From Octopus sinensis (taxonomy: Eukaryota), in the NCBI RefSeq assembly GCF_006345805.1, contig NC_043008.1, forward strand, positions 64,790,001 through 64,854,000: 64,000 nucleotides of DNA, given 5' to 3'. Within the stretch, counting starts at the first letter, position 1; every line of letters starts with the position of its first letter. The notes beneath the pieces are model-generated. The model was given only the letters and a program-made list of their open reading frames with translations, was not told the origin of the DNA and searched no databases. Below are positions 41,495-53,563 of the stretch, piece after piece. The position numbers were made by a program, and so were the translations under genes.

Positions 41495-42200
41495 CTGGAA
41501 GAATCGTCAACACGCCGGTCAACATGCTTAGCAGTATATTGTCCGTCTTTACATTCTGAGTTCAAATGCCGCCAGCATCGACTTGCCGTTCATCCTTTCG
41601 TTGTCGATAAAATAAGTACCAGTTGAATACAGGAGTCGTTATAATCGACTTATCCCTTCCTTATTATTGGACGTCTGCCAACATTTGAAACCATTCTTAA
41701 ACTTTATGTCAGGTGGTGAATGGTAGATCGTTAACACGTCGATAAATTGCTTAGTGGAATTTTTTCCGGCTCTTTTCTTTCTGAGTTCAAATACCACCGA
41801 AGACATTTTTGCATTTTATCTCTCTGGGATTTGATTAATAATGTGTACCAAAGGTAATAAAATTTACTTCCGTCAAATGTGAACTTAAAGAGACTTGTCA
41901 AGGCATCTCTTCGATGCACCAACACTTCTGCCAGCGTAGTAGAAGAATAAAAGCAAGGCGGCGAGCTGGCAGAAACGTTAGCACGCCGGGCGAAATGCTA
42001 AGCGGTATTTCGTCTGCGAAATGCTAAGCGGTATTTCGTTCTGAGTTCAAATTCCGCTGAGGTCGACTTTGCCTTTCATCCTTTCGGGGTCGATAAATTA
42101 AGTACCAGTTACGCACTGGGGTCGATGTAATCGACTTAATCCGTTTGTATGTCCTTGTTTGTCCTCTCTATGTTTAGCTCCTTGTGGTTAGTAAAGAAGT
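41495..42200 (+). mobile_element. Stack of three SINE family A copies; the youngest (41957-42200) has a TSD and an internal duplication
   Basis: agaagaataaaagcaa (41941-41956) versus agaagactaaaagcaa (42202-42217); gcgaaatgctaagcggtatttcgt duplicated at 41990 and 42016. Confidence 0.85.
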
Positions 42201-42544
42201 AAGAAGACTAAAAGCAAAATGAGAATAAAAATTTTAAAAGACTGCAGCTACTGCAAAAGAAACTGGTTTCATTGCTATTGTATTTTAAAGAGACATCGAT
42301 GAAGACCAATTTCGTAGTAATCCTAGAATACAGGGAACAAATAAATTAGAAATACTACAACATAAAAAATTAATCTTTGCATTTAATTATAAAACAGAAT
42401 TTCAACACACCTGGTTCTTTCTCAGATTTGTTCTTCGTTTAATCTAATTACGTTCAAAGAAGGCCATCAAAATGTTGCTTCTTTAATGTCCCTTCCTTTT
42501 GTTTTCTTTTGCATTTCTTTCTTTTATTTTAGTCTAGAAAATAC

Positions 42545-42600
42545 CTGCTAGGGTTTTGTCATCCACCATTTCAATGTTCATAGCTGGCTGATCTGAAGAC
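42545..42600 (-). CDS. Candidate 56-nt internal exon of an unidentified host gene (SSDQPAMNIEMVDDKTLA)
   Basis: Long polypyrimidine tract ending 'ctttgttgctatatag|' upstream, 'CAG|gtattt' downstream, one open frame. No homology recognised. Confidence 0.3.
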
Positions 42601-42766
42601 CTATATAGCAACAAAGGTACAAAGAAAGAGGATGAAAGATTTGAGTATCGCTTAACATTTGCACTTCGATTAATTAAGATTTTGACGGTCTTCAGCGAAC
42701 GAAGTATGGTTTTTCTATGAAAAAGGTACACACATCATATACATGCATATATAAATGCATATATAT

Positions 42767-42800
<34 letters not shown>

Positions 42801-43418
42801 ATATATGTATTTAGATGTACATATGTGTTCCTGTTGTGTTTACATATATACACACGCACACTGGAACATTTACTGTTCGATAACAAACGATTTGATGTCA
42901 TATATATATAATATTCTCTAATAATTTAAGCTTCTTGACAAGAACGTTCAAGAAAATTGTTTGATTAATATTTCATATCTATATGCATTCGCCCATATGT
43001 GTGTATATGTGTGACTGAGTGTGTGGGGTGGAGAGAAAGAGAGAGGGAGAGAAAGGTGAGCAAGGTAAAGCAAAAGTAAAGAAAAATGTAATATAACAAT
43101 CAAATGATGACAACATGCATAGTTCCTGGAGCAACAACAGACAAGATATAACTGCGATTTGGACATATTTTAAAGAGCATTTCCAGTGGCCTCAGCCTTT
43201 GGAGTTATGACGTAAAATATGAACCATAATAGAACAGAAGCATAAACATAGACTATGATGGCAAAAAAATCCAAAAGCATTGCAGGGGCATAAACGACCT
43301 TTCAAGATATGACGTAAAAGGATAAACACAAACAAGTTTGCGTATAAGTAAGTGGTAACGCTAAACATGAGTGCGTATATACACTCTTGTACACACATAC
43401 GCGTGCACACACACACAA

Positions 43419-43471
<53 letters not shown>

Positions 43472-43647
43472 TATATATCCCGAAAAGAATCTGAAAATGC
43501 AGGAGTCTCTTAAAAGTATTTATTAATTTAACTAGTTTCACTTATTTGAAAAGAATTTTCAGAAGTAAAGTATGAGGCATTTTATATCAAAAATTACTTT
43601 ACATAAATGTATCCAAATCAAATGATAGAGTTTTTGATAAAGTTCAA

Positions 43648-43713
43648 GATTTGGTGTATCTTCTCTGATGAGTCAAAATTATTTTTTGACTCATTACAGA
43701 GGATACACAAATC
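43648..43713. other. 66-nt hairpin (28 bp, three small bulges)
   Basis: gatttggtgtatcttctctgatgagtcaaaa-ttatt-ttttgactcattacagaggatacacaaatc. Confidence 0.8.
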
Positions 43714-44094
43714 CTCATACTTTAATTTTGAAAATCTTTCAAAGTGAAACCGGTTAAGTTAATAAATACTTTTAAAAGACTCCTGAATATACCGATTCTT
43801 TTCTTGATGACCTCGTGAGCACCGCCAGCATTATTTTTTCCTCTGTCTTCCCTTCTCGGGATCTTTCCTTCTCCTTTGTTTCCGACGAAGAGCTCCGCTC
43901 GAAAAGTTATACCCTCCTCCTTCCCTTCTTTCCTGAGCGTCCAATAATACTTTATTTGTTCCACATCCTCGCGTTGCTGTGTTTTTTGTGTGTTTTCTTG
44001 TTTGGATTAACTTTATATATATATATATATGTAGGTCCCGGGTTGATTCGGGGTTAACCACAGTAAATAAGGTACTCAATACATAGCAGAGTTA

Positions 44095-44225
44095 AAATTA
44101 ATTATTATATAGAAGGAGCTTCTACAGGACTAGAACTGTTTCATTCAAGAGAAATCTTCAGGAAGCTAGTTAACAAGAATTGTATTGGCATTTATACATT
44201 TAGGCAGGTTTTAAAGGGGTGTTGG
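44095..44225 (-). mobile_element. PLE pLTR-like fragment (second copy at 52143-52262, +)
   Basis: Reverse complement of 52143-52262; contains the hammerhead motif. Confidence 0.7.
44117..44167 (-). ncRNA. Type I hammerhead ribozyme candidate
   Basis: AGCUUC-CUGAAGA-UUUC(UCUU)GAAU-GAAA-CAG(UUCUAGUC)CUG-UA-GAAGCU: 6-bp stem I, intact core, stem III, GUA cleavage triplet; the first stem II pair is U.U. Confidence 0.7.
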
Positions 44226-44399
44226 TGGGGGACTTTTTGGGGGTAGGCATAGCGCAAAATATCATACTTGGGGGAGTGGTCAAGGAGTCAGTGTTAATTA
44301 GATAGAAGAATAAATAAAAAAATAAAAAATAAAAAAATAAAAAATCTATATATAAAAAAAGGGGAAAAGAGTTTTAGGTAAATAAGGAGATTCTCACTT

Positions 44400-45559
44400 A
44401 TACCTATGCACACATGTATACATACATACACACGCATACAAACATATATACATATACATACACACATACATACACACACATATATATACATATATATACA
44501 CTTACACATACATATACATATCTACACATACACATATATGTATACATACACACACTCACATGCATACACGTATACACACATGTATATATACACACACGAC
44601 CACACATACATATACGCACAGAAAAATATATATACACATACACACACATACTCACATACACGCATACACACACATATCCACACACACACATGCACACACT
44701 GCACACTAGTCCCTATATACACATATATACACATACACACACATATATACACACACATACATACATATACATACATGTATATATATATATACATATATAC
44801 ATACATACATATGTGTACCTATGCATACCTACACATACACACATATATATACACATACAAATACAGACCCATTCCCTAATTTTAATTTTATTATCTTCGT
44901 TTATTACTTTTGTTATCTTTGGCCGCTTGGTCACAAACATCTTGGCTATGACAGCCAGTCCATTTATCTGTCTACTGGAAAACAAGCACTCATTCACTCA
45001 CGCACACTCTTTAGCACGTACACTCACTCATTCGTACACTCATACACATACACGCACGCACGCGTTATATTCATACATACATACATCTACATACATTCAC
45101 GTATATACACATACGTACGCGTACCTAAAGATTCATGTCTACACTCTTAGAAGGCTAGTCTATATATATACACCAACAAATATAAATACACACACATACA
45201 TATACACCTACATACAAATACATATATATATATATGTAGAAAAGATGGGTATATAAAAATATATATATATAGATATATATAATATATGTATGATATGCAT
45301 GTATACGCATGCATGCAAGTATGTATGTTTGTATGTATATATATATATATATATAATTCACATATATATACACATATATATATATATATATAACACACAC
45401 ATACGCATACACACACATATACATATATATACACAATACACATACATACATACATACACACACATACACATACATACGTATCCATACAAACATACATCCA
45501 TACATCCATACATACATACATTTATACACATACACACACCCCACATACATACATATATA

Positions 45560-45609
<50 letters not shown>

Positions 45610-46450
45610 GTGAGTATGTAATCCCTCATCATATCTCTGGAAATTCATATGTGCTCTATGGATTAGGTCACCTTCTCTGTGATGCTATTAGAACTTTTTT
45701 AAAATTCTGTGATAAGACTGTACATCATCTTTAAAGAACTTAATGAACTTTGGAAATCTGTTTATGTTACTTAATTATCTACATTACTTCATGAGTATAG
45801 CCTCAACCACTAGGATGTCTAGAGAACTCACATGTATTTTAGCTGATGAGTACGGGACACGTTTATAGCTGTCTGTAATTGTTACAACTTTTAATAAAGC
45901 CTGTCCTTGTATGAAACGATTGTACTAAAAAACCTATCCATTCTTGTTGCTTCTTTCTCGCTTATAATCACCCCACATTACTGTATTGTTAAAACAGTAT
46001 GGTTTTTTTTTGGTGCATCTAAGTTAGGTACCATATTCAAGTAAATTCATTTAAATTAACTTGAATCTTTATTGCTTTTTGTATATATATATATATATAT
46101 ATTCATACACACACATACATATACATACATACATATACAAATATACGCACACAATACATACATTACTCATATACTCATACACGCACATACACATGTACAT
46201 GCGTACCCATACACACACCACACACACCACACACACGCGCGCATCCATATATACACATTAAGTACACACATGCGTAAAAGTATACATATATCTATTTTAC
46301 ACATACACACAACACACGCGCGCCTCCTTATATTCATACTTACATGCATACTCAAAAATAAATAATAAAATATTAAGTATATGTACGTGCAGTTACCTAT
46401 ATATAGACGGATACATACATATAAACTTACACACACATATTATATATATA

Positions 46451-46521
<71 letters not shown>

Positions 46522-46530
46522 ATACATACA
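44400..46530. repeat. Extended (CA)/(TA)/(TACA) low-complexity microsatellite region
   Basis: Direct inspection; source of the HT/YI-repeat ORFs. Confidence 0.85.
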
Positions 46531-47019
46531 TATATAACACATATATCCGGTTCCGTTGTCAGCAGAGAAAGACGTGATTGCCTTTGCTCTGTGAAAAAGT
46601 TTGCATAGAACGGCGAAATAACCCACTGTAGTTGCAAAACGTAAAACTCTAAGTCCAGAGATCACTACACACACTTGGTTAAAAATATTTTAAAAAATAT
46701 ATATATAAATATATACATATACACAGTCATTTTCATTTTCGCCGAAACGCACATGGTGCAAAAATAACTGAATCAAGTTATCTCCTGCAAGAAAGAAAAA
46801 AGAAGGCATCTCTCCTGAAAAAAATCCCGTAACCAAAAAATAATCCAGACCAATTGTTGGATTAAGTATCAATTTCATCTATTTCATATTTTATTTAATA
46901 TTTTATTTATTATTCTATTTTATCTTTCACTTAGGCCCACACTTAGTTAAAGTTGCGATCGTCATTTTTTTGTTTACATTATCAATAACTGTTCTCGATA
47001 TAATATTTTCCAGATACTC

Positions 47020-47998
47020 TATCTTCTAATTAGCCTTAAGATTAAATTAAATAACGTTTAATATTGATACCGTCAAATTAGCCTTAGGATTAAATTAAAT
47101 AACGTGTTAATATTGTTTAATATTGTTAATAATTATTGTTAATTAGCCTTAAGATTAAATTAAATAACGTTTAATATTGTCTTAATAATTGTTTTAATAA
47201 TTTTTCAGATACTCTATCTTCTAATTAGCCTTAAGATTAATAACGTTTAATAACAAAAACGTCTAATTAGCCTTAGGATTAAATTAAATAACGTTTATAT
47301 TGTTTAATTTGTTAATAATTATTGTTAATTAGCCTTAAGATTAAATTAAATAACGTTTAATATTGTTTAATATTGTTAATATTCTTCAGATACTCTATCT
47401 TCTAATTAGCCTTAGATTAAATTAATAACGTTTAATATTACCCACACTCTAATATAATATTAACATTGCTAATATATTTTCAGATACTCTATCTCCTGAT
47501 TAGCCTTAAGATTAAATAACGTTTTTATCCACACTCTAATATAATATTAATATTGCTAATATATTTTCAGATACTCTATCTCTAATTAGCCTTAAGATTA
47601 ATTAAATAACGTTTAATATTAATAATGTCTAATTAGCCTTAAGATTAATTAAATAACGGTTAATATTGCTTAATATTGTATATATAATTTTTCAGATACT
47701 CTGTCTTCTAATTAGCCTTAAGATTAAATTAATAACGTTTAATATTACCCACACTCTAATATAATATTATATTGCTAATATATTTTCAGATACTCTATCT
47801 CCTAATTAGCCTTAAGATTAAACAACGTTTTTATCCACACTCTAATATAATATTAATATTGCTAATACATTTTCAGATACTCTATCCCCTAATTAGCCTT
47901 AAGATTAAATAACGTTTTTACCCAAATAACGTTTTTACACAAACTTTAATATTGTTATATTTCTTTTTCAAGTACTCTATCTTCTAATTAGCCTTAAT
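47020..47998. repeat. AT-rich modular tandem array with an about 305-bp higher-order duplication
   Basis: More than 12 copies of ctaattagccttaagattaa..., interleaved with ttttcagatactctatct and acccacactctaatataatatt modules; about 47385-47610 is repeated at about 47690-47915. Confidence 0.92.
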
Positions 47999-48058
47999 AT
48001 CTTCCTGTCTTCTCTCGAACATAATTAGATAGATAAACGGATAGACGGATTATCCAGC

Positions 48059-48962
48059 ATGTCCAGAGCATGGAGACGTGACGAGCTGGATTTATTGTAC
48101 GAGCATGGGAGTGCGCCGGCGGAGATAGCCCTAGGGAGTTGATTGCGGCTGCGCTGAAGAGCAGAGGCTACAAGAGGACAGCGGCTCAGATGGAGCGAAA
48201 GAGACAGGAATTCGTGCGCTCATATGCGCTTGTACGGTCGCACATTGGCGCACTTGATGCCATCTTTGAGAACGAGCGGAGCAAAGATGGCAAGAATGGA
48301 GACGATGAAAGAAGTCACCCCACCTGGTGGACGCCCGGAGGAGGTTTTGAATGAGAAACCTGCCCGGGAAGTGAACCCAGTGCAAGTTCTCCAACCGGCA
48401 GCAAGGGCCATGGAGACGGAGAACCCGGTGAAGAGGTAGAGGGAGGAAGAAGAACTAAAAGAGGACTGGAAGAGCTAAAGGAAAAGAAAAAGCTCAAGCA
48501 GGACCAAAGAGTGAAACAACCAGAAATAGAAGTGGAACCGCAAAGGATGGAACCAAACAGCGCACACGGGTGTGTATGTTCTACCTGAGAGGTTCCTGCT
48601 GGCATGGAAAGGAAGGTGCAGGCTGCCGCTTTGCACATCGGGGACCCTGCCACAGAGACACGAGGCAGATGGACAAACCATCAACACAAAGAAAAGGGAT
48701 GGACCACGCACCACCTGCCCCAAAGCGGAGGTACGCAGATGTTGTGCGCGCCACAAACAGCCAACATGATGTCGAAAGAGCAGCTGCTGAGCAACAATCT
48801 TTTTTGTGCATGGCACAAAAGATTGTACAGCAGCTGACCTGGCTTCATCAAACCCAAGCCCGCAGGTGGGACTACCCACTATATACCAGACCACCACAGC
48901 AAACAGACACAGGATGGACACCGCCGGCAACAACGTACACCTCACCTCGATACTCCTACTGA
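48059..48962 (+). pseudogene. LINE ORF1 (frameshifted): Myb/SANT-like N-terminus plus CCCH zinc finger
   Basis: 'MSRAWRRDELDLL' / 'IAAALKSRGYKRTAAQMERKR' (trihelix-like) and 'CMFYLRGSCWHGKEGAGCRFAH' (C-x7-C-x8-C-x3-H); several frameshifts. Confidence 0.7.
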
Positions 48963-51905
48963 ACATCAGAGGACTGCAAACACTCAGTAACAGGACAAAG
49001 ATCCCGTTCCTGAGAGACTTTGTTGCATGCAATCAAGCCTTATGCATAGCACTTACAGAAACGCACCTGAAACCGGACATAGCAGATGCGGAGTTACACA
49101 TACCACAGTATGCTGTACTACGGACCGACAGGAAAGAAAGGAGTCATGGAGGTGTTGCTATGTACATCCGTGAGGACCTCACACCCCAGGTCCTCTTGTC
49201 ATACTCAAACTCGGTGTGTGACACACTAATTGTACATATCAGGCAACTTGATGTAGTTGTGTGTGCTACATATCGCCCTCCAGATGCCCCAAGCCATGTG
49301 GGCAAGTTTGAAGACTGCCTTATAAAAATAGAAGAAATTCTAACCACATTAGAACAACACATAGGTGTGCTTCTTATGGGAGACTTCAATCTGCCCAATG
49401 TCAGATGGCCCGAGGGCCTTTCTCTCCCAGGAATGACAAGATGTGAACGAGGACAGGCGAGGTCCCTCCTGAACCTCATCAACACCCTGTACATGGAGCA
49501 GGTAATACTCCAACCAACCAGGGCAGGAAACACACTGGATCTCTGCTTCACAAATGACATGGATCTCATCCATAATGTGAAAGTGACACCGACACTACTC
49601 TCGGATCACAACATGATAGAGCTGACCATGTACGGGCCAAAAGAGAGCACGGACATGCAGCCTACAAGAAACCCTCAAAATCTTTCCAGCTTGAACTACC
49701 ATAAGGCAAACTGGAAACAAATTGAGAAAGAGATCCTCAAACAAAACTGGCCTAAATGTCTCTCCTCGCCAGACATCGACGTGAAACTTCAACAATTCAT
49801 GTCTGTAATGCAAGCCATATGCTACAAATGTGTCCCAGAGAGAAAGGCCACTGTACACAAGAACAAAATCCCCAGAGAGAGGAAAATTTTAATGAGACGG
49901 CGTACGAAATTTTCAAATCGCCTAAACAAACAGATTGAAAGCAGTGAAAAGTCCCGCCTAAAAATAAAACTGTTGGAAATCGAAAAATGTCTGCAACTCT
50001 CCCATGAAAAAGAAAGAGCAGACAGAGAAGCCTGGGCTATAGAAAACATAAAATCTAACCCCAGAGCTTTCTACAGGTATGCCAAAGAAACAGCTACAGT
50101 GCACTGTAGAATAGGGCCACTCCTCGAAAAGGATGGCACACTTACAGGAAAACCAATGAGGGTAAGTGAAATACTGAATGAGCAATTCAAGAGTGTTTTC
50201 ACTCCACCCCTTGGGCATCTCCAAATCACCAATCCAACTGACTTTTTTAACACTGCAGATATAAAATCAGAGGCGGCGACGATAGATTACATCGATATAA
50301 GGAAGAAGATGTAACCAAGGCTATAGATGAAATGAAAACAGACTCAGCTACTGGCCCCGATGGATTCCCGGCAATCCTCCTAAAAGCATGTAAGAGTCCT
50401 AGCAAGACCACTGCAGTTCCTCTTTCAGAGCTTCCTTGCAGCTGGCAAACTTCCAGGAAAACTGAAGGAAGGTAAAATATGCCCCATTCATAAAGGAGGT
50501 AGCAGAGCGGAAGCCAAGAACTATAGACCTATCTCTCTGACCTCACACATCAGCAAGGTCATGGAACGAATAGTCAGAAGGAAGCTGATCACCTTCCTGA
50601 AGAGAATGACTTGCTGCCCGACACCCAACATGGTTTCCGACCAGGGAGAAGCTGTTTAACTCAGCTCCTACAACACTATGACTGGGTGCTGAAACGGCTG
50701 CTCAACCACTCAAATGTGGAAGTGATATATCTCGACTTTGCAAAGGCCTTTGATAAAGTCGATCATGGAATGATATGTCACAAACTGCGTGATCTCAACA
50801 TAGTTGGAAAACTGGGAGAATGGCTTCATGACTTTCTGAAGGATAGAAGTCAGGTGGTAGTAGCCAATGGGGCCACCTCCATTACAACACAAATAGTGAG
50901 CGGTGTTCCGCAGGGCACTGTTCTGGGACCACTACTGTTCATAATGGCCCTCTCAGACATGCTCTCAGCCACGCAGAGAGCCACGATCACAAGTTATGCA
51001 GATGATACAAAAGTTTCACAGGCAATACAGAACCCTGAGGACACTAAACACCTGCAATGTGAGCTGGACGAAATATACAAGTGGGCTGAAAAGAATAGCA
51101 TGCAGTTCAATGCTGGAAAGTTTCAAGCTTTATACTATCAGCATGCAAAACTGAATGCAATACCCAATGAATACACTGGACCCGGAGGGATTGCAATCCA
51201 GAGGCACAATCAGTGCGTGACCTGGGTATTCACATGAGTGATGACGCGACCTTTCATGTACATGTTGCTAAACTGACACTGAAATGTAGACGGCTGGCTG
51301 GATGGATTCTTAGAACCTTTAGAACAAGAGAACAAGAAACCATGATGGTCCTCTGGAAGACACTTGTCCTAAGCCACTTTGACTATTGCTCTCAGCTATG
51401 GTCACCATCCAGTGTCAAGTTGATCACAGAACTTGAGGCGACCCAACGAAGCTACACAAAGAAGATAGCCTCTATGCAGAATGTAAGCTACTGGGAAAGA
51501 CTCAAGAGATTAAAATTATATTCCCTGGAGCGTAGGCGGGAAAGATATGCCATAATATACATCTGGAAGATCCTGGAGGGAAGTGTCCTGAACTTTGGCA
51601 TCGAGAGTTACGCAAATGCCAGAACTGGGCGCCACTGCGTGGTGCCTAGGACTCCAAACCTGCCATCAAGATGTAGGACAAGATTCTGTGATAGCCTGGG
51701 CTTCCGAGGCCCACAGCTCTTCAATATCCTCCCGAAGAACCTGAGAGACCTGCATGGGGTGGATACAGATGTCTTTAAAATGAAGCTGGATCTCTTCCTG
51801 TCAGGTGTCCCAGATGAACCAACTTCACGGCAGGAGGGGCAGATGAGGGCAGCTGCATCGAACTCTCTCATGCACCAAATAGCAGTTGCTAGAAAGCCTC
51901 CATGA
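48914..51905 (+). pseudogene. LINE ORF2: AP endonuclease and reverse transcriptase, about 998 aa after repairing four indels
   Basis: 'LLNIRGL', 'ALTETHL', 'GGVAMYIR', 'YRPP', 'MGDFNLP', 'LDLCFTN', 'SDHN', 'NYRPISLTS', 'QHGFRPGRSCLTQL', 'YLDFAKAFDKV', 'GVPQGTVLGPLLF', 'YADD', 'SLERRRER'. Confidence 0.95.
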
Positions 51906-52142
51906 AGTGAAACCAAGTAGCAACACCAAATGGCGGTGCCCCAGCATGGCCACAGCTCATAAGCTGAAACTAGAATCAATCAATCAATCAATCAATCATC
52001 ATATTATATATAGCCATACATACATACATATATATATATACACACACACATATATACACACATATATATATATATATATATACTTACACCCTTTACATAT
52101 AAATACACATATAGATAACTCTAACGTACCTACATATACATA

Positions 52143-52262
52143 ACACCCCTTTAAACCTGCCTAAATGTATAATGCCATACAATTCTTGTTACCTAGCTTC
52201 CTGAATATTTCCTCTTGAATGAAACAGTTCTAGTCCTGTATAAGCTCCTTCTATATAATTAT
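52143..52262 (+). mobile_element. PLE pLTR-like fragment with a core-mutated hammerhead
   Basis: agcttc-ctgaata-tttcctcttgaat-gaaa-cagttctagtcctg-ta-taagct; core CUGAAUA and a stem I mismatch. Confidence 0.65.
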
Positions 52263-52752
52263 ATATATATATATATATATATTATATATTATATATATAT
52301 ATATATATAATATATATATATAATACGCGCATTCTGTATTGTGTATGATCAAAGCTTCACAGCTATCATTTGGACTGCAATTCTATCTCCGTAGCGGTTA
52401 TTGGCTAATCTGGCTAAATTTCGTAATCCTTATATTATTTTATGTGGAGATATTTAAACTTACATCAGTGCTGATTGTTGATGCTTTACTATTTCTTGTT
52501 TTCAAAACGTCTTATAAGCCCTACACATATTCGCACTCACATTTAAATAAATATAGAAATCTATATGTATATGATGTCTGTCGACCCGTGTCGATGAAAG
52601 TCATATGGGTGTCTGTGCGTGCGCGCGTGCGTGTGTGTATGTTAATATATACATGCACAATTATACATGCGCATATACATATACAAATACACACACACAT
52701 ATATGTATATATATGCGTGTATGTATATATTGTATATACAGACATATATATG

Positions 52753-52792
<40 letters not shown>

Positions 52793-52812
52793 GTATATAT
52801 ATATATATATAT

Positions 52813-52861
<49 letters not shown>

Positions 52862-53563
52862 TGCATGTATATATTGTTGCTTTTATTTAATTATTCCACT
52901 ATTCCACTTGAGAATGTCTCTGTAGACCACGCTGATGCTTTTCAACTATCTCTCCCAGACGGTTATTATTTGGCTATATTCCTGTATCAGTCTATGAGAT
53001 GTGTATGGACTTTCTCCTCTGAAACTTTTAAAGTTATATAAGCCTAAATTCATAGCACCCGAAACTTATTACGACCGCTGTTCAATCAGAACGATAACAT
53101 ATTTTTCGCAGATATGCCTGGGTTATATTTTCTGGATCTCTCTGCATCTGTCTTCTAGGTACGGTGACTGTCAGTTTCCTATCAAGTAGGAACAAGTTTC
53201 TGCTTCCTTCTTTCGTTTCTACCTTCCCGCATATAGTGTCTTCCAGCCAATATCTTAGACATACATCAGAAGAGTAAGACCAAAAAAAGGACATTTTAAT
53301 TGACATTTAGAAAAGGACTAAATGCACTACGACAAAAATTATTAAAAAACTTTTCTTTCCTCTCATCTTTATTTCTTTCTCCGCCCACCCTTTTTTTTTT
53401 TTAATGAAAATTCAATAATGTACGTTATTATGATCTTCAGCGAACATTTATAATTATATTTCTATCCATCCATGTGAAATTTCAGTGAACACTTGATTAT
53501 TTAAACATGTGTCTTCGATTCTTATCTTGTAACTTTAAACTCTCCTAAAGCCTTTATTTATTT

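Larger units (their letters stand above)
48020..51997 (+). mobile_element. Near full-length CR1/L2-group LINE (5' UTR may extend to about 46548)
   Basis: ORF1, ORF2 (APE plus RT), short 3' UTR with a stem-loop, and an (AATC)n tail at 51974-51997. Confidence 0.95.

Noticed and set aside
43720-43910. Further hammerhead-like motifs (ttgaaaa...gaaaccggtt; ccgacga-agagc-tcc-gctc-gaaa), and ctgatgagtac near 45845
   Set aside because: Core nucleotides or stem I are disrupted; probably dead pLTR relics, so not called as ribozymes.
47020-47998. CRISPR-like appearance (recurring repeat with intervening sequence)
   Set aside because: The intervening segments are themselves repeated modules rather than unique spacers, the context is eukaryotic, and no cas genes are present.
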